Shown here: positions 8,914 through 18,048 of the stretch, piece after piece
How positions within the stretch are numbered: position 1 is the stretch's first letter
How the letters are laid out: the number at the start of each line of letters is the position of its first letter
Source of the DNA: Thermodesulfovibrio sp.
Lineage (GTDB): Bacteria > Nitrospirota > Thermodesulfovibrionia > Thermodesulfovibrionales > Thermodesulfovibrionaceae
NCBI GenBank assembly: GCA_025060625.1
Contig: JANXBR010000001.1
Span: 1 to 55,814, forward strand
Direction: 5' to 3'
DNA: 55,814 bases
Notes under the pieces: generated by a model
Database searches by the model: none
What the model was told of the DNA's origin: nothing
The model's input: the letters and a program-made list of their open reading frames with translations, nothing else
Program-made: the position numbers and the translations under genes

Positions 8914-9882
8914 ATGGCAGAAGAAGAAATCTTATCGCAGGATGAAATTGACGCCCTGTTAAGGGGTATTTCAGAAGGAGAAGTTGAGACCGAAACTGCA
9001 GAAGTTCCTTCTGGAATAAGACCTTATGATTTTACCTCTCAGGAAAAGATTGTCCGAGGCAAAATGCCCTCTTTGGATATCATTAATGAACGTCTTGCAA
9101 GAAACTTCAGAATAATGCTTGCCTCTGACATAAGAAAAATAGTAGATGTTATAAATGTAAATGTAAACATAACAAAGTTCTATGATTTTCTTCGCTCTGT
9201 TCCTTTCCCTTCAAGTCTGAATATTATAAAGCTTGAACCACTAAGAGGCTTTAGTTTAGTTGTATTTGATGCTTCTATGATTTTTACCCTTATTGAGTTT
9301 TATTTTGGAGGCTCTGGAAAGGGTTACTACAAACCAGAAGGAAGAGAGTTCACACCTATTGAACAGAGAATAATTCATAAAGTGGTTATGATGTTTCTTG
9401 AAAGCATGGAAGAAGCATGGAGACCTATTTTTCAGATAAAGCCTCATTTTATAAGAACAGAGATGAATCCACAATTTGTAACCATAGTAACACCTGTTGA
9501 TGTAGTAATTGAAACAGAGTTTACTCTTGAGATAGAGACAAGGGAGTGTAAAATTATGGTCTGTATTCCTTACTCCTCAGTTGAACCCATCAAGGAAAAG
9601 CTTTACAGTGCCTTTCTTGCAGATAGAGATGAGATGGATTTAAAGTGGTTAGGAAAGATTAAAGCACAGATAAAAAATGCACCTGTAAAGGTGGAGGTTA
9701 TTCTTGGAAAGGTTAATATTGACTTTAAAACACTACTTGAACTTAAAAAGGGAGACATAGTCACAATTCAGAGAAGAATAGACGAAGACTTAGATTTACT
9801 TGTAGAGGGGATTCCCAAGTTTAAAGGTAAGCTGGGAACATATAAAGGGAACTATGCAATAAAAATAACAAAGGAGGCATAA
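8914..9882 (+). CDS. fliM: Flagellar motor switch protein FliM
   Basis: LSQDEIDALL CheY-binding peptide, YDF, GREFTPIE, SpoA-type C-terminus. Confidence 0.96.
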   Translation: MAEEEILSQDEIDALLRGISEGEVETETAEVPSGIRPYDFTSQEKIVRGKMPSLDIINERLARNFRIMLASDIRKIVDVINVNVNITKFYDFLRSVPFPSSLNIIKLEPLRGFSLVVFDASMIFTLIEFYFGGSGKGYYKPEGREFTPIEQRIIHKVVMMFLESMEEAWRPIFQIKPHFIRTEMNPQFVTIVTPVDVVIETEFTLEIETRECKIMVCIPYSSVEPIKEKLYSAFLADRDEMDLKWLGKIKAQIKNAPVKVEVILGKVNIDFKTLLELKKGDIVTIQRRIDEDLDLLVEGIPKFKGKLGTYKGNYAIKITKEA

Positions 9883-9883
9883 A

Positions 9884-10303
9884 ATGGAGGAAAAGGAAAT
9901 TCTGGAAGAAAAATCTCAGGAAGAAAACGAAGAAGAACTTGATATGGCAAAGGCTCTTGAGATGGAGAAGGCAACAAGAGCAAAACAAGAAGTTCAATCA
10001 CCTCAAATAGATGAGTTTACTGTTACTGAAGAAAAACAAAAGATAAGAGACATTGATTTTATTCTTGACATACCTCTTGAATTGGTGGTTGTTATAGGAA
10101 GGACAAAAATTCTTGTCCAGGAACTTCTTCAATTAACTCAAGGGTCTGTTGTTGCCCTTGACAAACTTGCAGGTGAACCAATGGAAGTTTATGTTAACGG
10201 TAAGCTTGTGGGAAGAGGTGAGGTTGTTGTTGTGAATGAAAAGTTTGGTATAAGAATTACGGATATAATAAGCCCACAAGAAAGAGTAAAACAGCTTGGA
10301 TGA
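9884..10303 (+). CDS. fliN: Flagellar motor switch protein FliN
   Basis: ILDIPLEL..IGRT, GSVVALDKLAGEP, GEVVVVNEKFGIRITDI. Confidence 0.96.
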   Translation: MEEKEILEEKSQEENEEELDMAKALEMEKATRAKQEVQSPQIDEFTVTEEKQKIRDIDFILDIPLELVVVIGRTKILVQELLQLTQGSVVALDKLAGEPMEVYVNGKLVGRGEVVVVNEKFGIRITDIISPQERVKQLG

Positions 10304-10312
10304 GATAAAACG

Positions 10313-11320
10313 ATGGAATACCTTAAAACCATACTATCACTTATTTTTATAATTATAGCTATATACATTGTTTTAAGATTGATCAAAAACAGGATAAATC
10401 CTGGAAAGGGATTTATTCAAATAGTTTACTATCAACCAATTGGCTATAAAAAGGGAATTGGTGTTATAAAAGCCTTTGATGAGTACCTCTTAGTTGGTAT
10501 ATCTGAGAATGGAATTAACCTAATTACCAAGCTTGATCCTGTAAAGATTAAATCAATATTTGAAGAACAGGCAGAAGAAAAAATTTCAATATGGCAGAAA
10601 ATATTTAAAAAGGGGACCTTTTACCTTCTATTGATTTTATTCCCCTCTGTCTGCTATGCCGCTCCTCAGACTACCCAGGGTGGACTTTTTGGTTTTTCCA
10701 GTGCCATTGACCTTCTTGTTTTCATAACTCTTTTAAGCTTTCTTCCAGCAGTTTTAATTATGATGACATCTTTCACAAGAATTGTTATTGTTTTGTCTTT
10801 GCTAAGACAAGCATTTGGAACTCCTGCAGTTCCTCCAAATCAAGTCATAATCGGTCTTTCGCTTTTCCTCACACTTTTTATTATGTCTCCAACTGTTGAT
10901 AAGGTTTATAAAGAAGCTTATGTGCCTCTCTCAAAAAAAGAGATAACCATGGAAGAAGCAATAAACAGAGCTTCTGTTCCATTTAAAGAGTTTATGCTAA
11001 AACAAACAAGAGAAAAGGATCTTGCTCTTTTTCTCAAGCTTTCAAAATATGAAGTAAAGCCTGCAACTCCTATGGATTTGCCAATGAAGATAGTTGTTCC
11101 AGCCTTTGCTCTTGGAGAACTTAAAAGAGCTTTTGAAATAGGCTTTTTAATATTTCTTCCTTTTTTGGTTATTGATATTGTCGTGGCAAGCATATTGCTA
11201 TCAATGGGAATGTTTATGTTACCACCTGTGATGATATCAATGCCTTTTAAGCTATTGCTTTTTGTGCTTGTTGATGGATGGCAGTTAATTATAGGATCCC
11301 TTGCAGGAGGATTTAAATGA
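10313..11320 (+). CDS. fliP: FliO-FliP fusion (flagellar export gate protein)
   Basis: Residues ~1-95 are FliO-like (TM helix, then LLVGISENGINLITKL). Residues ~117-335 are FliP (MMTSFTRIVIVL, PPNQV, FLPFLVID, MGMFMLPP, PFKLLLFVLVDGW). One uninterrupted ORF. Confidence 0.9.
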   Translation: MEYLKTILSLIFIIIAIYIVLRLIKNRINPGKGFIQIVYYQPIGYKKGIGVIKAFDEYLLVGISENGINLITKLDPVKIKSIFEEQAEEKISIWQKIFKKGTFYLLLILFPSVCYAAPQTTQGGLFGFSSAIDLLVFITLLSFLPAVLIMMTSFTRIVIVLSLLRQAFGTPAVPPNQVIIGLSLFLTLFIMSPTVDKVYKEAYVPLSKKEITMEEAINRASVPFKEFMLKQTREKDLALFLKLSKYEVKPATPMDLPMKIVVPAFALGELKRAFEIGFLIFLPFLVIDIVVASILLSMGMFMLPPVMISMPFKLLLFVLVDGWQLIIGSLAGGFK

Positions 11321-11586
11321 CAGTAGAGTTTTTAAACTATATTTCAAAACTGACCTTTGAAACTATTCTACTTGTAGGAGGTCCTGTATTGCTTGTGAGT
11401 CTTCTTGTAGGTCTTATTATAGGCTTATTTCAGGCAATAACCCAGCTTCAAGAGATGACCATAAGCTTTGTTCCTAAGATTATTGTTGTTTTCATAACAC
11501 TTCTTCTTACAATTCCCTGGATGGTCAATATAATGACGAAATTCACAAGAGGCATTTTTGAAAATCTTCCTATTTATGTTAGATGA
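11317..11586 (+). CDS. fliQ: Flagellar export protein FliQ
   Basis: GLFQAITQLQEMTISFVPK; 89 aa. Confidence 0.95.
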   Translation: MTVEFLNYISKLTFETILLVGGPVLLVSLLVGLIIGLFQAITQLQEMTISFVPKIIVVFITLLLTIPWMVNIMTKFTRGIFENLPIYVR

Positions 11587-12314
11587 ACCATTTAGAACTT
11601 CTCACAACAAATCTTTATAGTTTCATACCTGTTTTTGTAAGAGTCTCTACTATACTTTTTTTCCTTCCCTATATAGGTAGTAGAACCGTTCCTATAATTT
11701 TTAGATTCCTTTTTGCTTTCTCAATCTCTCTCTCTATCATGCCTTTTATAAATTCAAAAGAAGAAAATTTATTAATTTCATTGTTTAATGCAGTTGTTTT
11801 TGGAATGGCTATAGGCATCATGGTAAGGGTCATCGTTTCAGCAGTTGAGATAGCTTCTCAATTAATGAGTATCCAGATTGGTTTTACCATTGCAAATGTT
11901 TTTAATCCTCAGTTTGGTGAGATAATGGGTCCTCTTAGTGTTTTTTATGAAATGTTCACAATTGCTCTCTTTTTCTCTCTTGATTTGCATTTAAGTTTTG
12001 TTGAGATAATGGTAAAGGCTTTTGAATTTCCTGCAAAGTTTTCTTTTTCAGAAAATATATTAGCATTCTCCTATATTATGTTTCCTCTTGCTCTTAAGCT
12101 TGCTGCGCCTGTTTTACTTGTACAGATCCTTATGAATATAGGACTTGGATTTCTTTCAAGAATTATGCCTCAGGCAAATGTTTTTTTTGTTGGATTTCCT
12201 CTTTTACTTGCCACAGGTATTGCAATTATGTGGCTTAGTACGCCCATATTTACCATGGTTGTCTCAAAAGCTTTTTTAAATCTTAAAGACTCTTTAATTG
12301 GACTTTTGAGGTAA
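11583..12314 (+). CDS. fliR: Flagellar export protein FliR
   Basis: Hydrophobic; QIGF..ANVFNP, LSRIMPQANVFFVGFP; lies between fliQ and flhB. Confidence 0.93.
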   Translation: MNHLELLTTNLYSFIPVFVRVSTILFFLPYIGSRTVPIIFRFLFAFSISLSIMPFINSKEENLLISLFNAVVFGMAIGIMVRVIVSAVEIASQLMSIQIGFTIANVFNPQFGEIMGPLSVFYEMFTIALFFSLDLHLSFVEIMVKAFEFPAKFSFSENILAFSYIMFPLALKLAAPVLLVQILMNIGLGFLSRIMPQANVFFVGFPLLLATGIAIMWLSTPIFTMVVSKAFLNLKDSLIGLLR

Positions 12315-12317
12315 ACT

Positions 12318-13379
12318 ATGCCAGAGGAACTACAGGAACGAACTGAACAGGCTACCCCGCGAAGACGAGAAAAGGCTCGTCAAAAAGGTGAAGTTCCACG
12401 AAGTAGGGAACTTACTGGCATTATTGGTGCATGGCTCATCTTCCTCTATTTTGTTTTTTCTGGAACTTTTTTGATATCAATAATGCAACATATGAAAGAA
12501 GCCTTTACCAGAGTTAAAAATCCTGATTTCATAGCTGGTGCAATAGTAGCTTTAACCAAAGAAGAGTTAAAGTGGTTTATTATTCAGTTTCTTCCTATTG
12601 GCGGAATTCTCCTTTTTGGCATTCTTCTTGTTCATTTTATTCAGACAGGTTTCCTTTTTACTGGTGCTCCATTGGTTCCTGATTTGTCAAAGATAAATCC
12701 ACTTAAGGGAATAAAAAGAATTTTTTCACTTAATGCCTTATTTGAAACAATTAAAGGAATTTTAAAATTAATTGCCCTCGGAATTGTTATATACTATGTC
12801 CTTAAGAAAGATGTTAATATTTTGCCATTATTGATTGATATGGATATAAGGGCTATTGCAGAAGTCTCATTTCAAAAGGTTTATCAACTAATACTTGCCT
12901 GTCTTATTATGCTTACAGTTTTCGCAGGTATAGATTTTGCATTTCAGAGATGGCAGTATGAGAGAAATTTAAGAATGACAAAGCAGGAAATAAAGGAAGA
13001 ATTTAAAGAGACAGAGGGTTCACCATTGTTAAGAGCAAGAATAAGAAGTTTACAAAGAGAAATGGCAAGAAAAAGGATGATGCAGGAAGTTCCTAAGGCT
13101 GATGTGGTAATTACAAACCCACTACATCTTGCCATATGCATAAAGTATGACTCAAAAAAAATGAATGCACCTAAGGTTGTAGCAAAGGGAGCAAATCTTC
13201 TTGCTGAAAGAATAAAAGAAGTTGCAAGGGCTTCAGGAATCCCCATATATGAAAATAAACCTCTTGCGAGGGCACTTTATAAAGTTCCAATTGGTGAAGA
13301 GATTCCTGAAACACTTTATAAAGCTGTAGCGACTATACTTGCTGCTGTTTATAAGATAAAAGGAAGGCAGATCGCATGA
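12318..13379 (+). CDS. flhB: Flagellar export switch protein FlhB
   Basis: ERTEQATPRRREKAR..G.VPRSRE, MTKQEIKEE.KETEGSP, ADVVITNPLH, APKVVAKG. Confidence 0.96.
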   Translation: MPEELQERTEQATPRRREKARQKGEVPRSRELTGIIGAWLIFLYFVFSGTFLISIMQHMKEAFTRVKNPDFIAGAIVALTKEELKWFIIQFLPIGGILLFGILLVHFIQTGFLFTGAPLVPDLSKINPLKGIKRIFSLNALFETIKGILKLIALGIVIYYVLKKDVNILPLLIDMDIRAIAEVSFQKVYQLILACLIMLTVFAGIDFAFQRWQYERNLRMTKQEIKEEFKETEGSPLLRARIRSLQREMARKRMMQEVPKADVVITNPLHLAICIKYDSKKMNAPKVVAKGANLLAERIKEVARASGIPIYENKPLARALYKVPIGEEIPETLYKAVATILAAVYKIKGRQIA

Positions 13380-15427
13380 ACATAATGAACTATATAAGAA
13401 GTGATGTGCTTGTTGCTGTTGGAATAATTCTTATCCTAATCTTTATGATTGTTCCAATTCCACCTTTTCTCCTTGATCTATTTCTTACTATGAGTATAAC
13501 CCTTTCAATATTAATTATTCTCGTAGCATCCTATGTAAGAAAACCTCTTGATTTTTCAGTATTTCCCTCTGTTTTATTGATTGCTACTCTTATGAGGCTT
13601 TCTCTTAACATAGCATCCACCCGTCTTATTCTAACCAGAGGTGAGCTTGGCACAGAAGCAGCTGGTAAAGTTATAAAGGCATTTGGAGAGTTTGTAGTAA
13701 GTGGAAACTTTGTCGTTGGTCTTATAGTTTTTCTAATTCTGGTAATTATTAACTTTATAGTAATAACCAAAGGAGCAGGAAGAATTGCGGAAGTTTCAGC
13801 TCGTTTCACCCTTGATGCAATGCCTGGGAAACAGATGAGCATTGATGCAGATTTAAATGCTGGACTAATTGACGAAAAGGAAGCAAGACGTCGTAGAGAA
13901 GAGATAAGCAAAGAGGCAGATTTTTATGGAGCAATGGATGGTGCGAGTAAGTTTATAAGAGGAGATGCAATTGCTGCAATAATAATAATGGTAATAAACA
14001 TTATTGGAGGTATTCTCATTGGTGTTCTTCAAAAAGGTATGCCAATAGGAGATGCTGTTCAGACTTATGTGATACTTACAATTGGAGATGGACTCGCTGC
14101 GCAAGTACCTGCTCTTATTACATCAACTGCAGCTGGAATAGTTGTAAGCAGAGCAGCCACAGAATCCAATCTTGGACAGGACATACTGCAGCAGCTTTTT
14201 AAAAATCCTAAAACTCTTGCCACAGCATCAGGTGTGCTTCTCTTACTTGGACTTATTCCAGGACTTCCTCATCTACCCTTTATAATTATAGCCATAGTAT
14301 CTGGTGCCATAGCCTACATGATGATAACCAAAGAAAAAAAAGAAAAGGAAGTAGTACCTCCTCCCTCTGCAGAGGAAAAACCTGTTTCAATGGAAGCTCA
14401 ACTTGAAAGCCTTCTTAGAGTTGATCCCATATCTCTTGAGATTGGTTATAATCTTATCCCTCTTGTTGAAGGAGAGAGTTCTCTTGTAGAAAAAATCCGT
14501 TCTCTAAGAAAGCAAATTGCAATGGAGATGGGTTACATTGTTCCATCAATCCATATAAAGGACAATCTCATGCTAAAACCTTCTCAGTACAGCATTCTTA
14601 TAAAAGGAGTTGAAGTAACAACTTCTGAGATTATTCCTGGAAGATTTCTTGCAATAGGAGTCCGCCCAGGTCAGGGTATTGATGGAATTCCCACAAAAGA
14701 ACCAGCCTTTGGGGTGGATGCATTATGGATAGAGGAAAAGGATCTTTCAAAGGCTCAAATGCTTGGCTTTACTGTTGTTGATTCTTCATCGGTTATTGTT
14801 ACCCATTTGAGAGAAGTTCTTAAAAATTTTGGTTATGAACTTCTTGGAAAACAGGAAACCCAGAGACTACTTGACAATCTTGCCAAAACCCATCCGAGAG
14901 TAGTAGATGACCTCATTCCCAATATCCTCACACTTTCACAAGTTCAGAAGGTGCTTCAGAATCTTTTAAGAGAGAGGGTATCAATAAAGGATTTGCAGAC
15001 AATACTTGAGGCTCTCGCAGAGTATGCAAATGTAACCAAAGACTCGGATATTTTAACAGAGTATGTCAGGCAATCACTGTCAAGAAGAATAACAAAAAGT
15101 GTTCAAAATCCTGACGGTTCAATCTCTGCAATTATATTGGAACCTAATCTTGAAAGAACTCTTATTGAATCTCTGCAGACCACACCACAAGGCATAAATT
15201 TTGCTGTTGATCCAGTATTAATGGAAAAGATAGTTGAAAATGTAAAAATAATAGCTGATGAGGCAACTATAAAAGGTTATCAACCAGTGCTCATATGTTC
15301 GCAATCAATAAGAAGATTTGTAAAGAGAGCAATTGAGAGAGTTGCGCCATCTTTGCCTGTGCTATCACCACAGGAGATAGCTTCAGGGGTAAAGATACTA
15401 CTCTATGGCACAGTGAAACTTAATTAG
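13376..15427 (+). CDS. flhA: Flagellar export protein FlhA
   Basis: FSVFPSVLL, RIAEVSARFTLDAMPGKQMSIDADL, FYGAMDGASKF. Confidence 0.97.
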   Translation: MNIMNYIRSDVLVAVGIILILIFMIVPIPPFLLDLFLTMSITLSILIILVASYVRKPLDFSVFPSVLLIATLMRLSLNIASTRLILTRGELGTEAAGKVIKAFGEFVVSGNFVVGLIVFLILVIINFIVITKGAGRIAEVSARFTLDAMPGKQMSIDADLNAGLIDEKEARRRREEISKEADFYGAMDGASKFIRGDAIAAIIIMVINIIGGILIGVLQKGMPIGDAVQTYVILTIGDGLAAQVPALITSTAAGIVVSRAATESNLGQDILQQLFKNPKTLATASGVLLLLGLIPGLPHLPFIIIAIVSGAIAYMMITKEKKEKEVVPPPSAEEKPVSMEAQLESLLRVDPISLEIGYNLIPLVEGESSLVEKIRSLRKQIAMEMGYIVPSIHIKDNLMLKPSQYSILIKGVEVTTSEIIPGRFLAIGVRPGQGIDGIPTKEPAFGVDALWIEEKDLSKAQMLGFTVVDSSSVIVTHLREVLKNFGYELLGKQETQRLLDNLAKTHPRVVDDLIPNILTLSQVQKVLQNLLRERVSIKDLQTILEALAEYANVTKDSDILTEYVRQSLSRRITKSVQNPDGSISAIILEPNLERTLIESLQTTPQGINFAVDPVLMEKIVENVKIIADEATIKGYQPVLICSQSIRRFVKRAIERVAPSLPVLSPQEIASGVKILLYGTVKLN

Positions 15428-15437
15428 GAGGTAAATT

Positions 15438-16481
15438 ATGAAAATAAAAAAGTTTCAGGGAAGAAGCTTTAAAGAGGTCTTAGAAATAGTAAAAAAAGAG
15501 ATGGGACCAGATGCAGTAATTTTATCCACTTCTTCCAAGAAAGAGCCTCTCTCAAAAGATTCTTTTATAGAAATTACTGCAGCCATAGATGATAACGAAG
15601 AAATGACCGCTCAGGAAACTCTAAATAAAAGAGCCTCCATAGAAGAATCTATGAAAGTAGACTATGGATTGTTTAAAGAAATAGAAAAGCTAAAAGCTGA
15701 AGTTAGTCTTTTAAGAGAGAGTGTTACAAAACTTTTTCCCTCACTTGATGACATCTCTAAAAGAGGACTTTACAGTTTTCTAATAAAAAATAATGTAGAA
15801 CCCCATCTTGCATTGATACTTCTTGAGAGAGCAAATAATATGAATGATTTAAGAAAAGCAATAGATGATGAATTAAAGACAACAAAAAGCAGTTTTGAAC
15901 AGGAAAAAGGATACATTTTTTATGGACCACCAGGGGTTGGAAAAACAACCACCATTTATAAAATGGGACAGATTTTAAGAAATAACAATAAAAAAATAAT
16001 GGTTATCTCCCTTGACCAGAGAATTTCATCTGTCGCCTACATAAAGGAGTTATCATTAAAACTAAAGTGCGAGGCAAAATTTATAGATGAACCAAAGGAA
16101 CTCTATAAAGTTATGCATAGGGAAATTGACAGAAAAAATATACTTGTTGATACTCCAGGAGATGTTAATATGAGTCTTGCTGGAGAATTGAAAAATCTGC
16201 TTAAGGATCTACCTATAAAAAAATGTCTTATAATGGATGCATCAATGTCTATGCAGTCAGGCTTAAAAATATTAAAAAATATGGATACTGCTTCAGTTGA
16301 TTGTATAGGTTTTAGCAAGATTGATTTGGCTCAAACTTTTGGTAATCTCTATAATCTGTCAGTTTTATCAGGTAAACCCATCAGCTTTGTTACGTCTGGT
16401 TCATATGGAGAACTGCAATTTAAATTACTACCACCTAATACAATAACTAATCTAATTTTAGGAGGAGCATGTGAAAACTAA
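15438..16481 (+). CDS. flhF: Flagellar SRP-type GTPase FlhF (divergent)
   Basis: MKIKKF...MGPDAVILS N-terminus, GPPGVGKTTT, DTPG, SKID; lies between flhA and flhG. Confidence 0.88.
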   Translation: MKIKKFQGRSFKEVLEIVKKEMGPDAVILSTSSKKEPLSKDSFIEITAAIDDNEEMTAQETLNKRASIEESMKVDYGLFKEIEKLKAEVSLLRESVTKLFPSLDDISKRGLYSFLIKNNVEPHLALILLERANNMNDLRKAIDDELKTTKSSFEQEKGYIFYGPPGVGKTTTIYKMGQILRNNNKKIMVISLDQRISSVAYIKELSLKLKCEAKFIDEPKELYKVMHREIDRKNILVDTPGDVNMSLAGELKNLLKDLPIKKCLIMDASMSMQSGLKILKNMDTASVDCIGFSKIDLAQTFGNLYNLSVLSGKPISFVTSGSYGELQFKLLPPNTITNLILGGACEN

Positions 16482-17280
16482 TATCCCGAGGATCATAGCT
16501 GTTTCAAGTGGAAAAGGAGGTGTTGGTAAAACAAACTTTGTAACAAACATTGCACTTATAATGAAAAGCTTGCAAAGAAGAGTGCTCTTAATGGATGCTG
16601 ACGTTGGTTTAAGTAACATTGATATAATGTTTGGAATAGCACCCAAATACAATATAAAGCATCTTCTGTCTGGAGAAAAATCTATAAAAGACATCATTGC
16701 CAGAACTTCTGAAGGAATTGATATTATTCCAGCCAGTTCTGGAATAAGAGAACTAACTCAACTTACCTATTATAATAAAATGAAAATTATTGAAGAACTT
16801 GAAACCATTGATAATGATTATGATATTTTTCTCATTGATACAGGAGCTGGCATATCCGATAATGTAACCTTTTTCTGTTCTGCTGCCCATGATAACATAG
16901 TAATTGTTACACCTGAACCGACCTCAATTGCTGATGCCTATGCACTTATTAAAGTTCTATATAAAGAATATGGAGAAAATAATTTCCGTATAGTTGTAAA
17001 CAATATAAAAAATCCCAAAGAGGCTAAAGAAACCTTTAGAAAAATCTCAATGGTTGCTGAAAGATTTCTTGGTATAAATCTTGATTGGCTTGGTGTTCTG
17101 CCTTATGATGAAAAAGTAAAGGATGCAGTTATAGCGCAAAAGCCCTATGTATCTTTATATCCAACCTCTGATTTTTCAAAAAAGCTTGCTGAGATTGCAA
17201 GGCAGTTACTAAAAAGAGAAGTGGATCTATTTAAAGGTGGAATGCAGTTTTTTCTAAAAAAAGCATTAGCAAAAGAGTAA
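16471..17280 (+). CDS. flhG: MinD-like flagellar number regulator FlhG/FleN
   Basis: SGKGGVGKTN, DADVGLSN, IDTGAGIS, TPEPTSIADAYALIK. Confidence 0.94.
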   Translation: MKTNIPRIIAVSSGKGGVGKTNFVTNIALIMKSLQRRVLLMDADVGLSNIDIMFGIAPKYNIKHLLSGEKSIKDIIARTSEGIDIIPASSGIRELTQLTYYNKMKIIEELETIDNDYDIFLIDTGAGISDNVTFFCSAAHDNIVIVTPEPTSIADAYALIKVLYKEYGENNFRIVVNNIKNPKEAKETFRKISMVAERFLGINLDWLGVLPYDEKVKDAVIAQKPYVSLYPTSDFSKKLAEIARQLLKREVDLFKGGMQFFLKKALAKE

Positions 17281-17289
17281 ACTTACTTT

Positions 17290-17991
17290 ATGTATCAGTC
17301 TGAAAATGAAAAAGAAAAAGTTATAAAACAGTTTCTACCAAGAATAAAACATTATGCTCTTAGATACCACCACAGCGTTCAATCTATTTTGGATTTAGAA
17401 GACCTTATTTCAGCAGGTATAAAAGGATTGCTTGAAGCACTGGATAAATACAATCCTACTTTAAATGTTCCTATTGCCTCTTATATAGAACACAGAATAA
17501 GAGGTGCCATACTTGATGAAATTCGTTCAGTAGATATTTTTTCAAAGGAATTCCGTAAAAAAGTAGAAGATGTTAAAAAAACATATAAAAAGCTAAAAGA
17601 AGCAGGACACGACCCAACCGATGAAGAGCTTGCTGCTTCTTTAAACATTACTCAAGAGGAACTACAGGAAATATACCAAAGCATAACTGCCTCGGATATA
17701 ATAAGCTTGGACAGCTTTATACCTGGTAAGGATGGAGACAAACTGAGCCTTCTTGAGATCATATCAGATGAAAAAAGTCTTTTTGATGATATAAAACTTC
17801 TTGAGTTAAAAGAAAAACTTTGCTCTGCCATAGAAACTCTTTCTGAAACTGAAAAAATAATCATATCCCTTTACTACTATGAAGAGTTAAATATGAAGGA
17901 AATTGCTAAAGTTTTAGGGCTATCCTTATCCAGAGTAAGTCAAATTCATGGCAAAATTCTACTAAAGCTTAAAAATTTTCTCCAGAAATAA
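17290..17991 (+). CDS. fliA: Flagellar sigma factor FliA (sigma28)
   Basis: DLISAG..GLLEA, RIRGAILDEIR, LYYYEELNMKEIAKVLGLSLSRVSQIH. Confidence 0.94.
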   Translation: MYQSENEKEKVIKQFLPRIKHYALRYHHSVQSILDLEDLISAGIKGLLEALDKYNPTLNVPIASYIEHRIRGAILDEIRSVDIFSKEFRKKVEDVKKTYKKLKEAGHDPTDEELAASLNITQEELQEIYQSITASDIISLDSFIPGKDGDKLSLLEIISDEKSLFDDIKLLELKEKLCSAIETLSETEKIIISLYYYEELNMKEIAKVLGLSLSRVSQIHGKILLKLKNFLQK

Positions 17992-18048
17992 GTTGATTAT
18001 TTTAAAAATTTTGTATAATATTATCAATTGCTTCTGGAGGTTAACCTA

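Noticed and set aside
17993-18019. TTGATT...TATAAT candidate sigma70 promoter for the che operon
   Set aside because: The spacer is only 15 nt in very AT-rich DNA; plausible but not supportable.
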